A DNA stretch of 64,000 bases from an uncultured cyanobacterium (GTDB lineage: Bacteria; Cyanobacteriota; Cyanobacteriia; Cyanobacteriales; Cyanobacteriaceae), in NCBI GenBank assembly GCA_963749915.1, contig CAVVOP010000008.1:576001-640000 (forward strand), in the 5' to 3' direction. Every line of letters starts with the position of its first letter. The stretch's first letter is position 1. Under the pieces are notes generated by a model. The model had not been told where the DNA came from. It worked only from the letters and a program-made list of their open reading frames with translations, and ran no database searches. Below are positions 21,403 to 31,060 of the stretch, in pieces. A program made the translations under genes and the position numbers.

Positions 21403-23139
21403 ATGGAGAAACTTAACTTAATTTTGAAGATGAAAAGATATACTAATTACTTATTTTTTATAGGAATTTTTTTCATATCTTTAGCTTTAGTGTTACGACA
21501 GATTAATGATAATATACCCATTTTTAGTCTGGTAATTGCTGGCGTTGGCATCGCTTTAATTATTAGTAGCATAACAATTTTTCTCTACACTAATAAGGGT
21601 TTTTTCGGTAAAAGAAGGGTGGAAGTCGTTACCAATTCAATTATCTCTACTTTTGCTTTATTATTAATTTTAGGTTTAGTTAATTTTCTAGCAATAAAAT
21701 ATTCTGTAAAAGTCGATTTAACAGAGAATAATCTTTACACTCTTTCTCCTCAATCTCAGCAATTAGTTACTAATTTAAGTCAGCCTTTAAGGGTATATAT
21801 TTTTGATTCTCCACCTAATGATTTCGATCGCAAATTACTTCAAGATTATGCTAGAAAAAGTGACCAATTTCAATATCAATTTGTCAATCCTCAAGTTGAT
21901 ATTAATTTAGCTCAAAAATTTCGAGTTACTCGTCTCGGGGATGTTTATTTAGAGTATGAAGATAAACAACAATTAGTGCAAACTTTATCTCCTGATAATC
22001 GCCTTTCGGAAATAAAATTAACAAACGCGATCGCCAAAATTCAACAAACAGCACAACCAATCATCTATATTTTACAGGGTCATGGCGAATCCGCGATGGA
22101 AAAAGGACAAATTAGTTTATCCCAAGCAGTAACAAGATTAAGGGATAAAGGTTATATTGTCTATCCTCTAACCCTTGCCACTTCTCCGTTAATTCCTCCC
22201 GATGCCAATGTGTTAATAATCAGTAACCCCGAAAAAGAATTATTGGAAGGAGAGATAAACATTATTCAAAAATATGTAGATAATGGCGGTAGTTTATTGG
22301 TAATGTACAACGCAGGAAGCACTGTAAATCTTGATCAAATAATGAGAGAATGGGGGATAAAATTTGATGATAGATTAGTGGTTGATGCCTCGGGTACGGG
22401 GGAAGTTTTCGGTCTAGGTCCTTCTATTACTATAATTGTTGATTATGGTGTCCATCCTATCACCCAAAATTTTGGTAATGGTATGAGTTTATTCCCTTGG
22501 GCAAGACCAATTATAACCGAAACAGTAGAGGATGTCACGGCAACAGCTTTATTCATTACCAATAGTCAGTCATGGGGGGAAAAAAATCCCGAAGGCGAAA
22601 ATGTAGAATTAGATCCTACAGTTGATTTACCCGGTCCTTTAAATATAGGGGTTGCATTGGCTAAGAAAAATCCATTGAAAGAGACTTCTAACAATCAAGA
22701 AGATAGTTTAAATAATAAAAATGAGCAAAATGTTAAAAATGAGCAAAAAACAGTATCAAAAGAAGAATCGAGTAAAAAATTAGATAGTGATTTACCTTTA
22801 CCACCCACTATAAAAATCCCTTCGGAGGAAAAAACCGATAGTCAAACAATATCAAAATCTCTACCTTCGGAAACAAGAATGGTAGTGATCGGTAATACTA
22901 ACTTTGCCACTGATGGCTGGTTTCAACAACAGCTAAACGGCGATTTATTCCTAAATACCGTGGGATGGTTAGCCCATGAAGAAGATTCCACTTTATCTAT
23001 TAGCCCAAAAGAGACAACTAATCGTAGAATTAACCTTAATACTTTTCAAGCTGGTTTAATTGGTTGGTTAGCTTTATTTATTATTCCGGGATTAGCGTTT
23101 ACTGCTTCTATAGTTACATGGTGGCAAAGAAGCCGATAA
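21403..23139 (+). CDS. GldG-family ABC-type uncharacterised transport system component
   Basis: N-terminal TMs, DLT.N..YTLS, GHGE motif and a C-terminal TM. Confidence 0.82.
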   Translation: MEKLNLILKMKRYTNYLFFIGIFFISLALVLRQINDNIPIFSLVIAGVGIALIISSITIFLYTNKGFFGKRRVEVVTNSIISTFALLLILGLVNFLAIKYSVKVDLTENNLYTLSPQSQQLVTNLSQPLRVYIFDSPPNDFDRKLLQDYARKSDQFQYQFVNPQVDINLAQKFRVTRLGDVYLEYEDKQQLVQTLSPDNRLSEIKLTNAIAKIQQTAQPIIYILQGHGESAMEKGQISLSQAVTRLRDKGYIVYPLTLATSPLIPPDANVLIISNPEKELLEGEINIIQKYVDNGGSLLVMYNAGSTVNLDQIMREWGIKFDDRLVVDASGTGEVFGLGPSITIIVDYGVHPITQNFGNGMSLFPWARPIITETVEDVTATALFITNSQSWGEKNPEGENVELDPTVDLPGPLNIGVALAKKNPLKETSNNQEDSLNNKNEQNVKNEQKTVSKEESSKKLDSDLPLPPTIKIPSEEKTDSQTISKSLPSETRMVVIGNTNFATDGWFQQQLNGDLFLNTVGWLAHEEDSTLSISPKETTNRRINLNTFQAGLIGWLALFIIPGLAFTASIVTWWQRSR

Positions 23140-23165
23140 TAACTAACAATTAACAACAACTTTTT

Positions 23166-23309
23166 TTACGATCTTTTCCCTTGGGTTTGCCGAAGATTGC
23201 CGATGGCACCCAAAATAATTCCGACTAAAATCAGACTCCCTCCCCAGTATTGAGCTACTGTCGGTACCTCTTGCAGAATTAGATAAGCAAAGGCGAAGGC
23301 GATCGCTAC
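23166..23309 (-). pseudogene. EamA/DMT transporter, C-terminal remnant
   Basis: Reads VAIAFAFAYLILQEVPTVAQYWGGSLILVGIILGAIGNLRQTQGKRS*, a typical DMT C-terminus, with no start codon. Confidence 0.7.
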
Positions 23310-23331
23310 ACTTATTATAATTACGCTACTG

Positions 23332-23816
23332 CTAAGAGTAAATCAGCTGATGAAATTTAAGTTTTTTCTCGAAAGCTTTCGCTGGCAATTGGCCATCGGC
23401 TTCACAGGCAAACTCTTGTGCCCCCAGTTCATCCAGCGCCTTCTGTTGCTTTTGCCTCTGTTGCTCGAGCTTTTTGTCCAGCTTTTTGAGGTCTGCTACC
23501 CGACGAGGTTGACTTTCAACTATAATCCACCGTTGAGGTACACCTCCATAAGTGGTGCAGACCCCACTGAAGCGATAGTCCTCAAGGGCATTGGTTGGAA
23601 AGGGGTCAAATTGTTGATTCGGTTGAGTTTGCATCAACCTAATCGCCTCACCTATGCTTGCTGGCACTCGGCTGATCCAAGGCAAATCTCCTAGAATCCC
23701 TAGGTGGTCGATATCTCTTACTTCTATGTTGTCCAAGTTCTTTGTTTGAGCCATTGTTCAATTACCAATATTTCTCTCAAAATAACTCTTTCCGAACACA
23801 ACCTGCCGAATGTAGG
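23332..23816 (-). mobile_element. Internally deleted IS1634-family element remnant
   Basis: N-terminus EVRDIDHLGI joined directly to the mid-protein WISRVP...YGGVPQRWIIVES...FACEAD. Putative left end CCTACATTCGGCAGG at 23816. Confidence 0.8.
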
Positions 23817-23906
23817 ATCGAGAGCGGCAAAAATCAATCCGGGGGCGATCGCACCAGATAAAATAGCGATGATTATCAAACTAATCCAATCCTTAGGATA
23901 ATTCAT
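23817..23906 (-). pseudogene. EamA/DMT transporter, upstream remnant cut by the IS1634 end
   Basis: KDWISLIIIAILSGAIAPGLIFAALD resembles a DMT helix and ends exactly at the IS end. Confidence 0.6.
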
Positions 23907-23956
23907 AAGCTAGTTTTACTAACTATTTGAACTGCTTTTCTGGAGTTTATTAATTG

Positions 23957-24955
23957 CTAATTGCTTGAAGAAGTTCCTAATTCAGAGATTTTTTCAAGGG
24001 TTTTACGTTTTTCTCTCTCTAAAGGTTTTTGTACTCCTTCTTCTGGTAGTTGATCGACCTTAGCTAAGGCTATATCAAAATTTTTCACGGCTTCTTGTAA
24101 CAATAGAAGATTATTTTCTTGTTGTCCTTTTTGTCTTAATATTTGTCCTTTTAAATAGTATAATTCAGGGTTTAAGGGTGTACTTTCGATGGCTTTATCA
24201 ACAAAAGTTAAAGCTAAATCATAGTCTTTTAAGTCCCGATAAGCAAGGGCAATTCCGCGATTAACGAGGTATTGGGGAGATGCATAAGTTTGTAAACTAT
24301 CGATGGCTTGTTGAGGACTAGAAAAAGGTAAATTTACCGCTAACATTAAGTTTAAATAACCCTTAATTAAGTTTAATTCTGGATCATTTTCATCAATTTT
24401 TGTAGCTTTATCAAAGTAATCAAACACTAATTGTAATTTACCTAAAGCTGCGATCGCACCTTTTTTCCGGTACTCATTAGCACCATCTAAAAAATTGCCA
24501 ACACCTAAATATAAATTACTACGAAGAGGATCTTGTTTAGCGATCTCCCCCGCAATTTTGAGAGTTTCGGTAGTATAGGTTTCCATGGCATCCCAATCTT
24601 GCTCAGTATAAGCCAAAGAAGCTCTTAAAGCCGGTAACATGGGATCATTCTGGGGAAAATTTTGGGCTTTGTTTAAAAATTCTTTAGCTTGAGGATAGTT
24701 GCCATCTTCAAATAAGGCTTTGAAAGCAGATTCTGTTTCAGGAGTGATATTACGAGAGTTAGTAATACGAAAAGGATCACCTGCGAAACTAGCGGTAGAA
24801 AAGAAAATAGCAGAGAGGATTGATAATAAAGCAGTAGAAGACAATTTTACCCAAGAAAAGGAGATTTTAGGGTTAAAATTAAGCTGACGTTGATCACCAT
24901 TACCTTTAAGGATGCAAGAATAAAAATTCATACTTATCAAAATTTTGAGCCACAA
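23957..24955 (-). CDS. Exported TPR protein (Sll0314/Alr1548-like); true start probably further downstream
   Basis: Signal peptide ending ASFA-GDPFR, DPELNLIKGY..LMLAVNLPFS, and TPR repeats. Confidence 0.78.
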   Translation of the reverse strand: MWLKILISMNFYSCILKGNGDQRQLNFNPKISFSWVKLSSTALLSILSAIFFSTASFAGDPFRITNSRNITPETESAFKALFEDGNYPQAKEFLNKAQNFPQNDPMLPALRASLAYTEQDWDAMETYTTETLKIAGEIAKQDPLRSNLYLGVGNFLDGANEYRKKGAIAALGKLQLVFDYFDKATKIDENDPELNLIKGYLNLMLAVNLPFSSPQQAIDSLQTYASPQYLVNRGIALAYRDLKDYDLALTFVDKAIESTPLNPELYYLKGQILRQKGQQENNLLLLQEAVKNFDIALAKVDQLPEEGVQKPLEREKRKTLEKISELGTSSSN

Positions 24956-24993
24956 TCAAATTACTTCGTTTTCGATTTTAACTTAAACTTTTT

Positions 24994-25674
24994 ATGCTTT
25001 ACTTAAAAAACGTTACTTATCATCCGGCGGCAACTACCCACCCCATTATTGAAAATATTAATTTAGTCTTAGCACCCCAAAAACTAGGTTTAATTGTCGG
25101 GACAAGTGGTTCAGGAAAAACTACATTATTGGAAATTTTAGCCGGATTAGCCGAAAAAACCAGTGGCAAAATTTTGTGGGGTACAGAAGAACTAACATCA
25201 CAGGAATTACAACAATTAAGCGGTATAGTATTTCAATTTCCTGAGCGTCATTTTTGTGGTAACAATATCTTAGAAGAATTACGGTTAGGGCATCCGGAGT
25301 TAAGTGGGATTCGTGTCAAAGAGGCTTTAGCAGAGGTAGGCTTAGATCATCTTAGTTATGAAGCTGCACCCCGTGCCCTTAGTGGAGGACAACAACGACG
25401 ACTATCTTTAGCAGTACAATTAATTCGTCAGCCCAATCTTTTACTGTTAGATGAGCCAACGGCGGGGTTAGACTGGTTAATGAAAGAGCAATTAGTCAAT
25501 TTATTGTCAAGATTAAAACAACATTGGACATTATTAGTTGTTACCCATGATGCCAGTGATTTGGTGGATATTGCTGATAATTGTTGGCGCATTGAAGGGG
25601 GGAAACTAGAGGCTGTTAACCCCGATGTTTTTAACGTGAAACAGAAACAAAAACTATGCCTTGATAAGTGGTAA
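24994..25674 (+). CDS. ABC transporter ATP-binding protein (ECF/CbiO-like)
   Basis: GTSGSGKTT, LSGGQQRR, LLLDEPT and VTHD. Confidence 0.9.
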   Translation: MLYLKNVTYHPAATTHPIIENINLVLAPQKLGLIVGTSGSGKTTLLEILAGLAEKTSGKILWGTEELTSQELQQLSGIVFQFPERHFCGNNILEELRLGHPELSGIRVKEALAEVGLDHLSYEAAPRALSGGQQRRLSLAVQLIRQPNLLLLDEPTAGLDWLMKEQLVNLLSRLKQHWTLLVVTHDASDLVDIADNCWRIEGGKLEAVNPDVFNVKQKQKLCLDKW

Positions 25675-25761
25675 ACTCAGATGTTGCCTCAGTGCAAAAA
25701 ACTAAATGGACAAAGTTTTTATTTTTAAAAACCAATTTTAATAATAAAAAAGACCCTCTAT

Positions 25762-27279
25762 TTATAATGCGACTTCAAACGCAATACCTTCTTCGACAAA
25801 TTGGGGAAAATTTGCAATAATACTTTGACGTTCTTCTTCCCCTACAAAAATATAAGTTCCTGGTTGTTGAGTATTTTGGAAGCGATAGAAATCAATTCCT
25901 AAACCGGCATTGGCATCATAAGCATAAAAAGCAATTCCTTCCTCATTGAAATTAGGAAAATTTTGGCGAATATTGATGCTTTCTTCTTCTCCAGCATAAA
26001 GATAAGTACCCGGCACATTCTGATTTTGAAAACGATTAAAACGAATTAAATCATCTTTTGGTTCTGATGACACAGAAAAAGCACGTCCCTCTTCCTGAAA
26101 TTGTGTAAAATTTTGAAGAATACTTTGACGTTCTTCCTCTCCTACAAAAAGATAAGTGCCTGGACGATCACTATTCTGAAAACGGTAAAAAGGACGATCT
26201 AACTCCGACTCACCCAAAGCGGCAAATACCGCCGTTTCACCAAAACCAACAATATCAGCAAAACCATCACCGTTAACATCACCCAACTGACGAGGATATT
26301 TATCAAAACTATCCCAGCCTCCATCATCGATGGTATAATTGCCATCTAAGGCTGTGTAAACAGGACTAAAAGTACCATTAGCATTACCCAAAGCGGCAAA
26401 TACTTGAGTCTGACCAAAGCCGACAATATCCTCAAAACCATCACCATTAATATCGGCCAACTTACGGGGATATTTATTAAAACTAGTCCAACCACCATCA
26501 CTAGGGGTAAAGTGTGCATCATCATTAAAAGCAGTGTAAGGTGTGCCAAAAGTACCGTCGGCTTTGCCCAAAGCGGCTGTTACCAGTGTTTCACCAAAAC
26601 CAACAATATCAGCAAAACCGTCGCCATTAATATCTCCTAGCTGACGAGGATATTTGTCAAAACTATCCCAGCCTCCATCATCAACAGTATAACTACCATC
26701 AAGAGCCGTGTAAACAGGGCTAAAAGTACCATTAGCATTACCCAAGGCGGCAAATACTTTAGTCTGACCAAAGCCGACAATATCCTCAAAACCATCACCG
26801 TTAATATCGGCTAACTGACGAGGATATTTATTAAAACTAGTCCAACCACCATCACTAGGGGTAAAGTGTGCATCATCATTAAAAGCAGTGTAAGGTGTGC
26901 CAAAAGTACCGTCGGCTTTGCCCAAAGCGGCTGTTACCAGTGTTTCACCAAAACCAACAATATCAGCAAAACCGTCGCCATTAATATCTCCTAGCTGACG
27001 AGGATATTTGTCAAAACTATCCCAGCCTCCATCATCAACAGTATAACTACCATCAAGAGCCGTGTAAACAGGGCTAAAAGTACCATTAGCATTACCCAAG
27101 GCGGCAAATACTTTAGTCTGACCAAAGCCGACAATATCCTCAAAACCATCACCGTTAATATCGGCTAACTGACGGGGATATTTATTAAAACTAGTCCAAC
27201 CACCATCACTAGGGGTAAAGTGCGCATCGTCATTAAAAGCAGTATAAGGTGTTCCGAACGTAACTTTAACATTTTGCAT
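25762..27279 (-). CDS. FG-GAP/VCBS repeat protein with three C-terminal repeats
   Basis: Six DINGDGF.DIVGFG Ca-binding blades, followed by three RFQN...PGTY...GEEE...F.EEG.AF repeats. Confidence 0.85.
   Translation of the reverse strand: MQNVKVTFGTPYTAFNDDAHFTPSDGGWTSFNKYPRQLADINGDGFEDIVGFGQTKVFAALGNANGTFSPVYTALDGSYTVDDGGWDSFDKYPRQLGDINGDGFADIVGFGETLVTAALGKADGTFGTPYTAFNDDAHFTPSDGGWTSFNKYPRQLADINGDGFEDIVGFGQTKVFAALGNANGTFSPVYTALDGSYTVDDGGWDSFDKYPRQLGDINGDGFADIVGFGETLVTAALGKADGTFGTPYTAFNDDAHFTPSDGGWTSFNKYPRKLADINGDGFEDIVGFGQTQVFAALGNANGTFSPVYTALDGNYTIDDGGWDSFDKYPRQLGDVNGDGFADIVGFGETAVFAALGESELDRPFYRFQNSDRPGTYLFVGEEERQSILQNFTQFQEEGRAFSVSSEPKDDLIRFNRFQNQNVPGTYLYAGEEESINIRQNFPNFNEEGIAFYAYDANAGLGIDFYRFQNTQQPGTYIFVGEEERQSIIANFPQFVEEGIAFEVAL
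26200..27261 (-). repeat. Three tandem 354-bp (118-aa) coding repeats, each an A(60 aa)+B(58 aa) blade pair
   Basis: aggatatttgtcaaaactatccc occurs at 26647 and 27001 (period 354). The first two units are nearly identical at DNA level. Confidence 0.93.
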
Positions 27280-27458
27280 AGTTGATTTAGGTTTATTAAA
27301 TAAATTGATATTTCGGATTTATCTATTGACGATATTTTTAAATATTTGTTCATCGTACCAAATGTCAACTTCTACTAATTGGTTAGCAGATAATTATAGT
27401 GATCACTTAAAAGTAGTCAGGACTTCAATACTTTAAGGATTGAAGATTTAGGGACAAA

Positions 27459-30035
27459 CTACACAATCACAAAGTTAACTAATTTGCCCGGTACAACGAT
27501 AACTTTTTTAACTTCTTTATCAGCGATATATTTTTGGGCAATATCTGATTCTCTGGCAAACTTTTCCAACTCCTCTTTACCAGCGGAAGCGGGTACGGAA
27601 ATAGTACCTCTAGTTTTACCCATAATCTGAATAACGAGGGTAATTTCATCGACAATTAAAGCCTCATTATCAAAGGTTAACCATGATTGTAAATGCACCG
27701 ATGCACTATTACCCAATTTTTGCCATAATTCTTCACTAATGTGAGGGGCAAAAGGTGCCAAAAGTAAAATGAAGGTTTCGATTCCTTCTCGAAAAACAGG
27801 AGAATTTTTAATCTTATTATCCCGTAAAGCGTTACTTAATTTCATCAATTCCGACACTGCGGTATTAAATTGATAATCGCCGTTTAAGTCTTCAGAAATC
27901 TCTTTAATAGCGGTATGAATTGCCCTTCTTAAATCTTTTTCTTCCTTGCTTAATTTACTTTGATCAAAGGTTTTATTCTTAGCTGAATGGGGATTTTCTA
28001 CGAACTCATTTATTAATAACCAAACTCTGTTTAAAAAACGAAATTGCCCTTCAACATCTGCATCTTGCCATTCCAAATCCTTCTCAGGAGGCGCTTTAAA
28101 TAAAATGAACATTCTGGCGGTATCAGCACCATATTTCGATAAAACAATTTGTGGATCAACCCCATTATATTTAGACTTGGACATCTTTTCAAAAAAGAAA
28201 GATAGTTTTTCTAATGTTGTGGCATCTCTCCAGGCGTCATATTTATAAATGACTTGTTCGGAAGGTACATATTTCCCTGTTTCAGGATTTTTATAGGTTA
28301 AACTCTGTACCATCCCTTGAGTTAATAACCGCTTAAAAGGCTCATCCACATTAACCAAACCTCGATCGCGCAATACCTTAGTGAAAAAGCGAGAATAAAG
28401 CAAGTGTAAGATAGCATGTTCAATACCTCCTACATATTGATCCACAGCCATCCAATCATTGACCCTATTGACGTTAAAAGGCTCATCTTGGTTTGTTGCA
28501 TCAGTATAACGGAAAAAATACCATGAGGAGTCGATAAAGGTGTCCATGGTGTCCGTTTCTCGTTTTGCCAGAGTGCCACAACTAGGGCAAGCAGCATTTA
28601 CCCAATCATCCATCTTCGCTAAGGGTGAGGGTCCACGACCGGAAAATTCCACTTGTTCAGGCAATTTTACAGGTAAATCCTCCGTAGGTACCGGCACAGC
28701 ACCACACTCGGGACAGTGAATCACAGGAATAGGACAACCCCAATAACGTTGACGGGATATTAACCAATCTCGGAGACGATATTGAATCCGTCTTCTACCA
28801 TAACCTTGGTTTTCCGCTAGTCGAATAACAGCCTCTTTACCCCTAACGGAATCCATGCCATTAAAAGCATGAGAACTGACCATCGTGCCAGATTCAGTGT
28901 AGGCTTCTAAAAAACAAATATCGGAATTATCGGCATCATCAGGTAAAATTACGACTTTTATCGGTAAATCATTTTCTTTAGCAAATTTAAAGTCTCTCAC
29001 GTCGTGTGCAGGTACCCCCATTACCGCCCCCGTACCATATTCGTATAATACATAGTTAGCGATCAAGATGGGAATTTCTTCACCGTTAAAGGGATTAATG
29101 GCCTTACCCCCCGTTAATGTACCTTTTTTGGGTTTATCTTCAGCTGTGCGATCGATTTCACTCTCATGACTGACCTCTGTAATAAAGGCTTGTACAGCTT
29201 CTTTTCTGTCTTCAGTGGTAACAACCGGGGTTAAAGGATGTTCAGGAGCTAAAACTACATAAGTAACACCATAAACTGTATCAGGGCGAGTGGTAAAGAC
29301 GGCGATTTTTTCTTCACTGCCGACAACGGGAAACTCTAAATATGCACCCACTGACTTACCAATCCAATTTTCCTGCATAGTTTTAACTCTTTCCGGCCAC
29401 CCGTCCAACTGTTGCAAATCCCTCAATAATTGTTCGGCATAGTCGGTAATTTTCAGAAACCATTGTCTTAATAATTTACGCTCTACTTTTGCTCCACTAC
29501 GCCACGAATAACCGTCAGCATCCACTTGTTCGTTAGCTAACACCGTTTGATCTATAGGGTCCCAGTTTACCGCCGCTTCCCGTTGATATGCCAATCCTGC
29601 TGTTAAAAATTGTAAAAATAACCACTGTGTCCATTTATAATAATCAGGGGAACAGGTGGCGACTTCCCTACTCCAATCGATGGATAAACCTAATTCTTGT
29701 AATTGCGATCGCATTTGGGCTATATTTTCATAAGTCCACTTAGCGGGAGGGATTCCCCTGTCAATAGCGGCATTTTCCGCAGGTAAACCAAAGGCATCCC
29801 AACCCATGGGATGTAACACTCTATAGCCTTGCATTCTCTTATAACGAGCGATAACATCAGTAATCACATAGTTGCGTACATGACCCATGTGTAATTTGCC
29901 TGAAGGATAGGGAAACATAGATAAGGCGTAAAATTTAGGTTTTTCTTGATTTTCGTCTGTGTCATAAAGTCCAGTTTCTGACCACTGTTTTTGCCATTTA
30001 GATTCTATATCACTGGGTTGATAGGGAGATTGCAT
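27459..30035 (-). CDS. leuS: Leucine--tRNA ligase
   Basis: [11 protein letters not shown], editing domain TTRPDT...[12 protein letters not shown], and KMSKS. Confidence 0.97.
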   Translation of the reverse strand: MQSPYQPSDIESKWQKQWSETGLYDTDENQEKPKFYALSMFPYPSGKLHMGHVRNYVITDVIARYKRMQGYRVLHPMGWDAFGLPAENAAIDRGIPPAKWTYENIAQMRSQLQELGLSIDWSREVATCSPDYYKWTQWLFLQFLTAGLAYQREAAVNWDPIDQTVLANEQVDADGYSWRSGAKVERKLLRQWFLKITDYAEQLLRDLQQLDGWPERVKTMQENWIGKSVGAYLEFPVVGSEEKIAVFTTRPDTVYGVTYVVLAPEHPLTPVVTTEDRKEAVQAFITEVSHESEIDRTAEDKPKKGTLTGGKAINPFNGEEIPILIANYVLYEYGTGAVMGVPAHDVRDFKFAKENDLPIKVVILPDDADNSDICFLEAYTESGTMVSSHAFNGMDSVRGKEAVIRLAENQGYGRRRIQYRLRDWLISRQRYWGCPIPVIHCPECGAVPVPTEDLPVKLPEQVEFSGRGPSPLAKMDDWVNAACPSCGTLAKRETDTMDTFIDSSWYFFRYTDATNQDEPFNVNRVNDWMAVDQYVGGIEHAILHLLYSRFFTKVLRDRGLVNVDEPFKRLLTQGMVQSLTYKNPETGKYVPSEQVIYKYDAWRDATTLEKLSFFFEKMSKSKYNGVDPQIVLSKYGADTARMFILFKAPPEKDLEWQDADVEGQFRFLNRVWLLINEFVENPHSAKNKTFDQSKLSKEEKDLRRAIHTAIKEISEDLNGDYQFNTAVSELMKLSNALRDNKIKNSPVFREGIETFILLLAPFAPHISEELWQKLGNSASVHLQSWLTFDNEALIVDEITLVIQIMGKTRGTISVPASAGKEELEKFARESDIAQKYIADKEVKKVIVVPGKLVNFVIV

Positions 30036-30204
30036 AAAATATTTTTGGAGTATCTATAATTATTTAATTTGGTAGATCTTCCATTTTAGTCGAAAAAAAT
30101 AAGTAATAAATTGGTAGTATAAAGAGTGGACAAATAAGCTCAAAAATCTTATTCTGATACTCTTATCTCCTCTTATAGAGTCCGGCATTCTAAGGTTTAA
30201 ACCT

Positions 30205-31017
30205 CTAATTGTCAAACACCCTAGTCCAAACCCTAAATTTGACCAAATTAACCGGCTTAAATGAAGTAGTCAAGGCTGTATCTACCGCATCGCGGCCTCG
30301 GCTGATTAAGATCCGTCCTACCCGGGGGACGTTATGACGAGCATCAAAAGTGTACCATTGATGGTCCAAGTAGGCTTCAAACCAAGAGCTAAAATCCATG
30401 GGCAAGGTTGTTGGTGGGACGCCGATGTCGCCCAAGTAGCCAGCTGCGTATCGAGCCGGGATGTTCAAGCAACGACAGAAAGTAACTGCCAAGTGGGCAA
30501 AATCGCGGCAGACCCCCCGGCGCTCAGTGTATACTTCATAGGCAGTTTTGGTTGGACGGGCATACTCGTAGCCAAAGACCACGTGGTTATGAACCCAATC
30601 ACAAACAGCTTGTACTCGAGCCCAGCCAGTCGGTGTTTGCTCAAAGAGCTTCCAGGCAATTTCTGAGAGGAGATCTACTTCACAATAGCGGCTACCGAGT
30701 AAATAGGGTAGCACCTCCAGAGGCAACGACTCTACTGGGTGCTGTTGGGCTGAGGAGTTGACTAAATCTGGCCGAGAGTTGACCCAGAGCACGGCCTCAT
30801 TCACCAAGCTGACGCGACCTGCTGGCAAGACCAGGCGACTTACTCGATTACCGAAGCCATCGACAAATTCTTCTACCGCCGTCTCTGGCTCAATTCTCAG
30901 TCGCTCAGGCTGTTTTACCTCAGCCAGCCGGGACGGATGCAGGTAGACCTTCAAGAGCATAGGTGCCGGCGACGGCACTTCAAATAAAAATTGATAACCA
31001 ACACGAATTAAGATCAT
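30205..31017 (-). CDS. Transglutaminase-family protein (GC-rich, probably acquired)
   Basis: GVCRDFAH catalytic Cys and WYTFDARHN. Visibly higher GC than its neighbours. Confidence 0.88.
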   Translation of the reverse strand: MILIRVGYQFLFEVPSPAPMLLKVYLHPSRLAEVKQPERLRIEPETAVEEFVDGFGNRVSRLVLPAGRVSLVNEAVLWVNSRPDLVNSSAQQHPVESLPLEVLPYLLGSRYCEVDLLSEIAWKLFEQTPTGWARVQAVCDWVHNHVVFGYEYARPTKTAYEVYTERRGVCRDFAHLAVTFCRCLNIPARYAAGYLGDIGVPPTTLPMDFSSWFEAYLDHQWYTFDARHNVPRVGRILISRGRDAVDTALTTSFKPVNLVKFRVWTRVFDN

Positions 31018-31060
31018 TTGGAATAGCGTGGAATATTGGAGTGGATAAACGGTCCTTTTC

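Noticed and set aside
26200..27261. Long repeats as a CRISPR array or DGR template/variable pair
   Set aside because: They are in-frame coding repeats without unique spacers, and the differences include many synonymous changes rather than an adenine-specific pattern.
28185..28260. Odd-looking LeuRS segment just before KMSKS ([21 protein letters not shown])
   Set aside because: It stays in frame within the naturally variable leucine-specific domain. I cannot show it is abnormal without an alignment.
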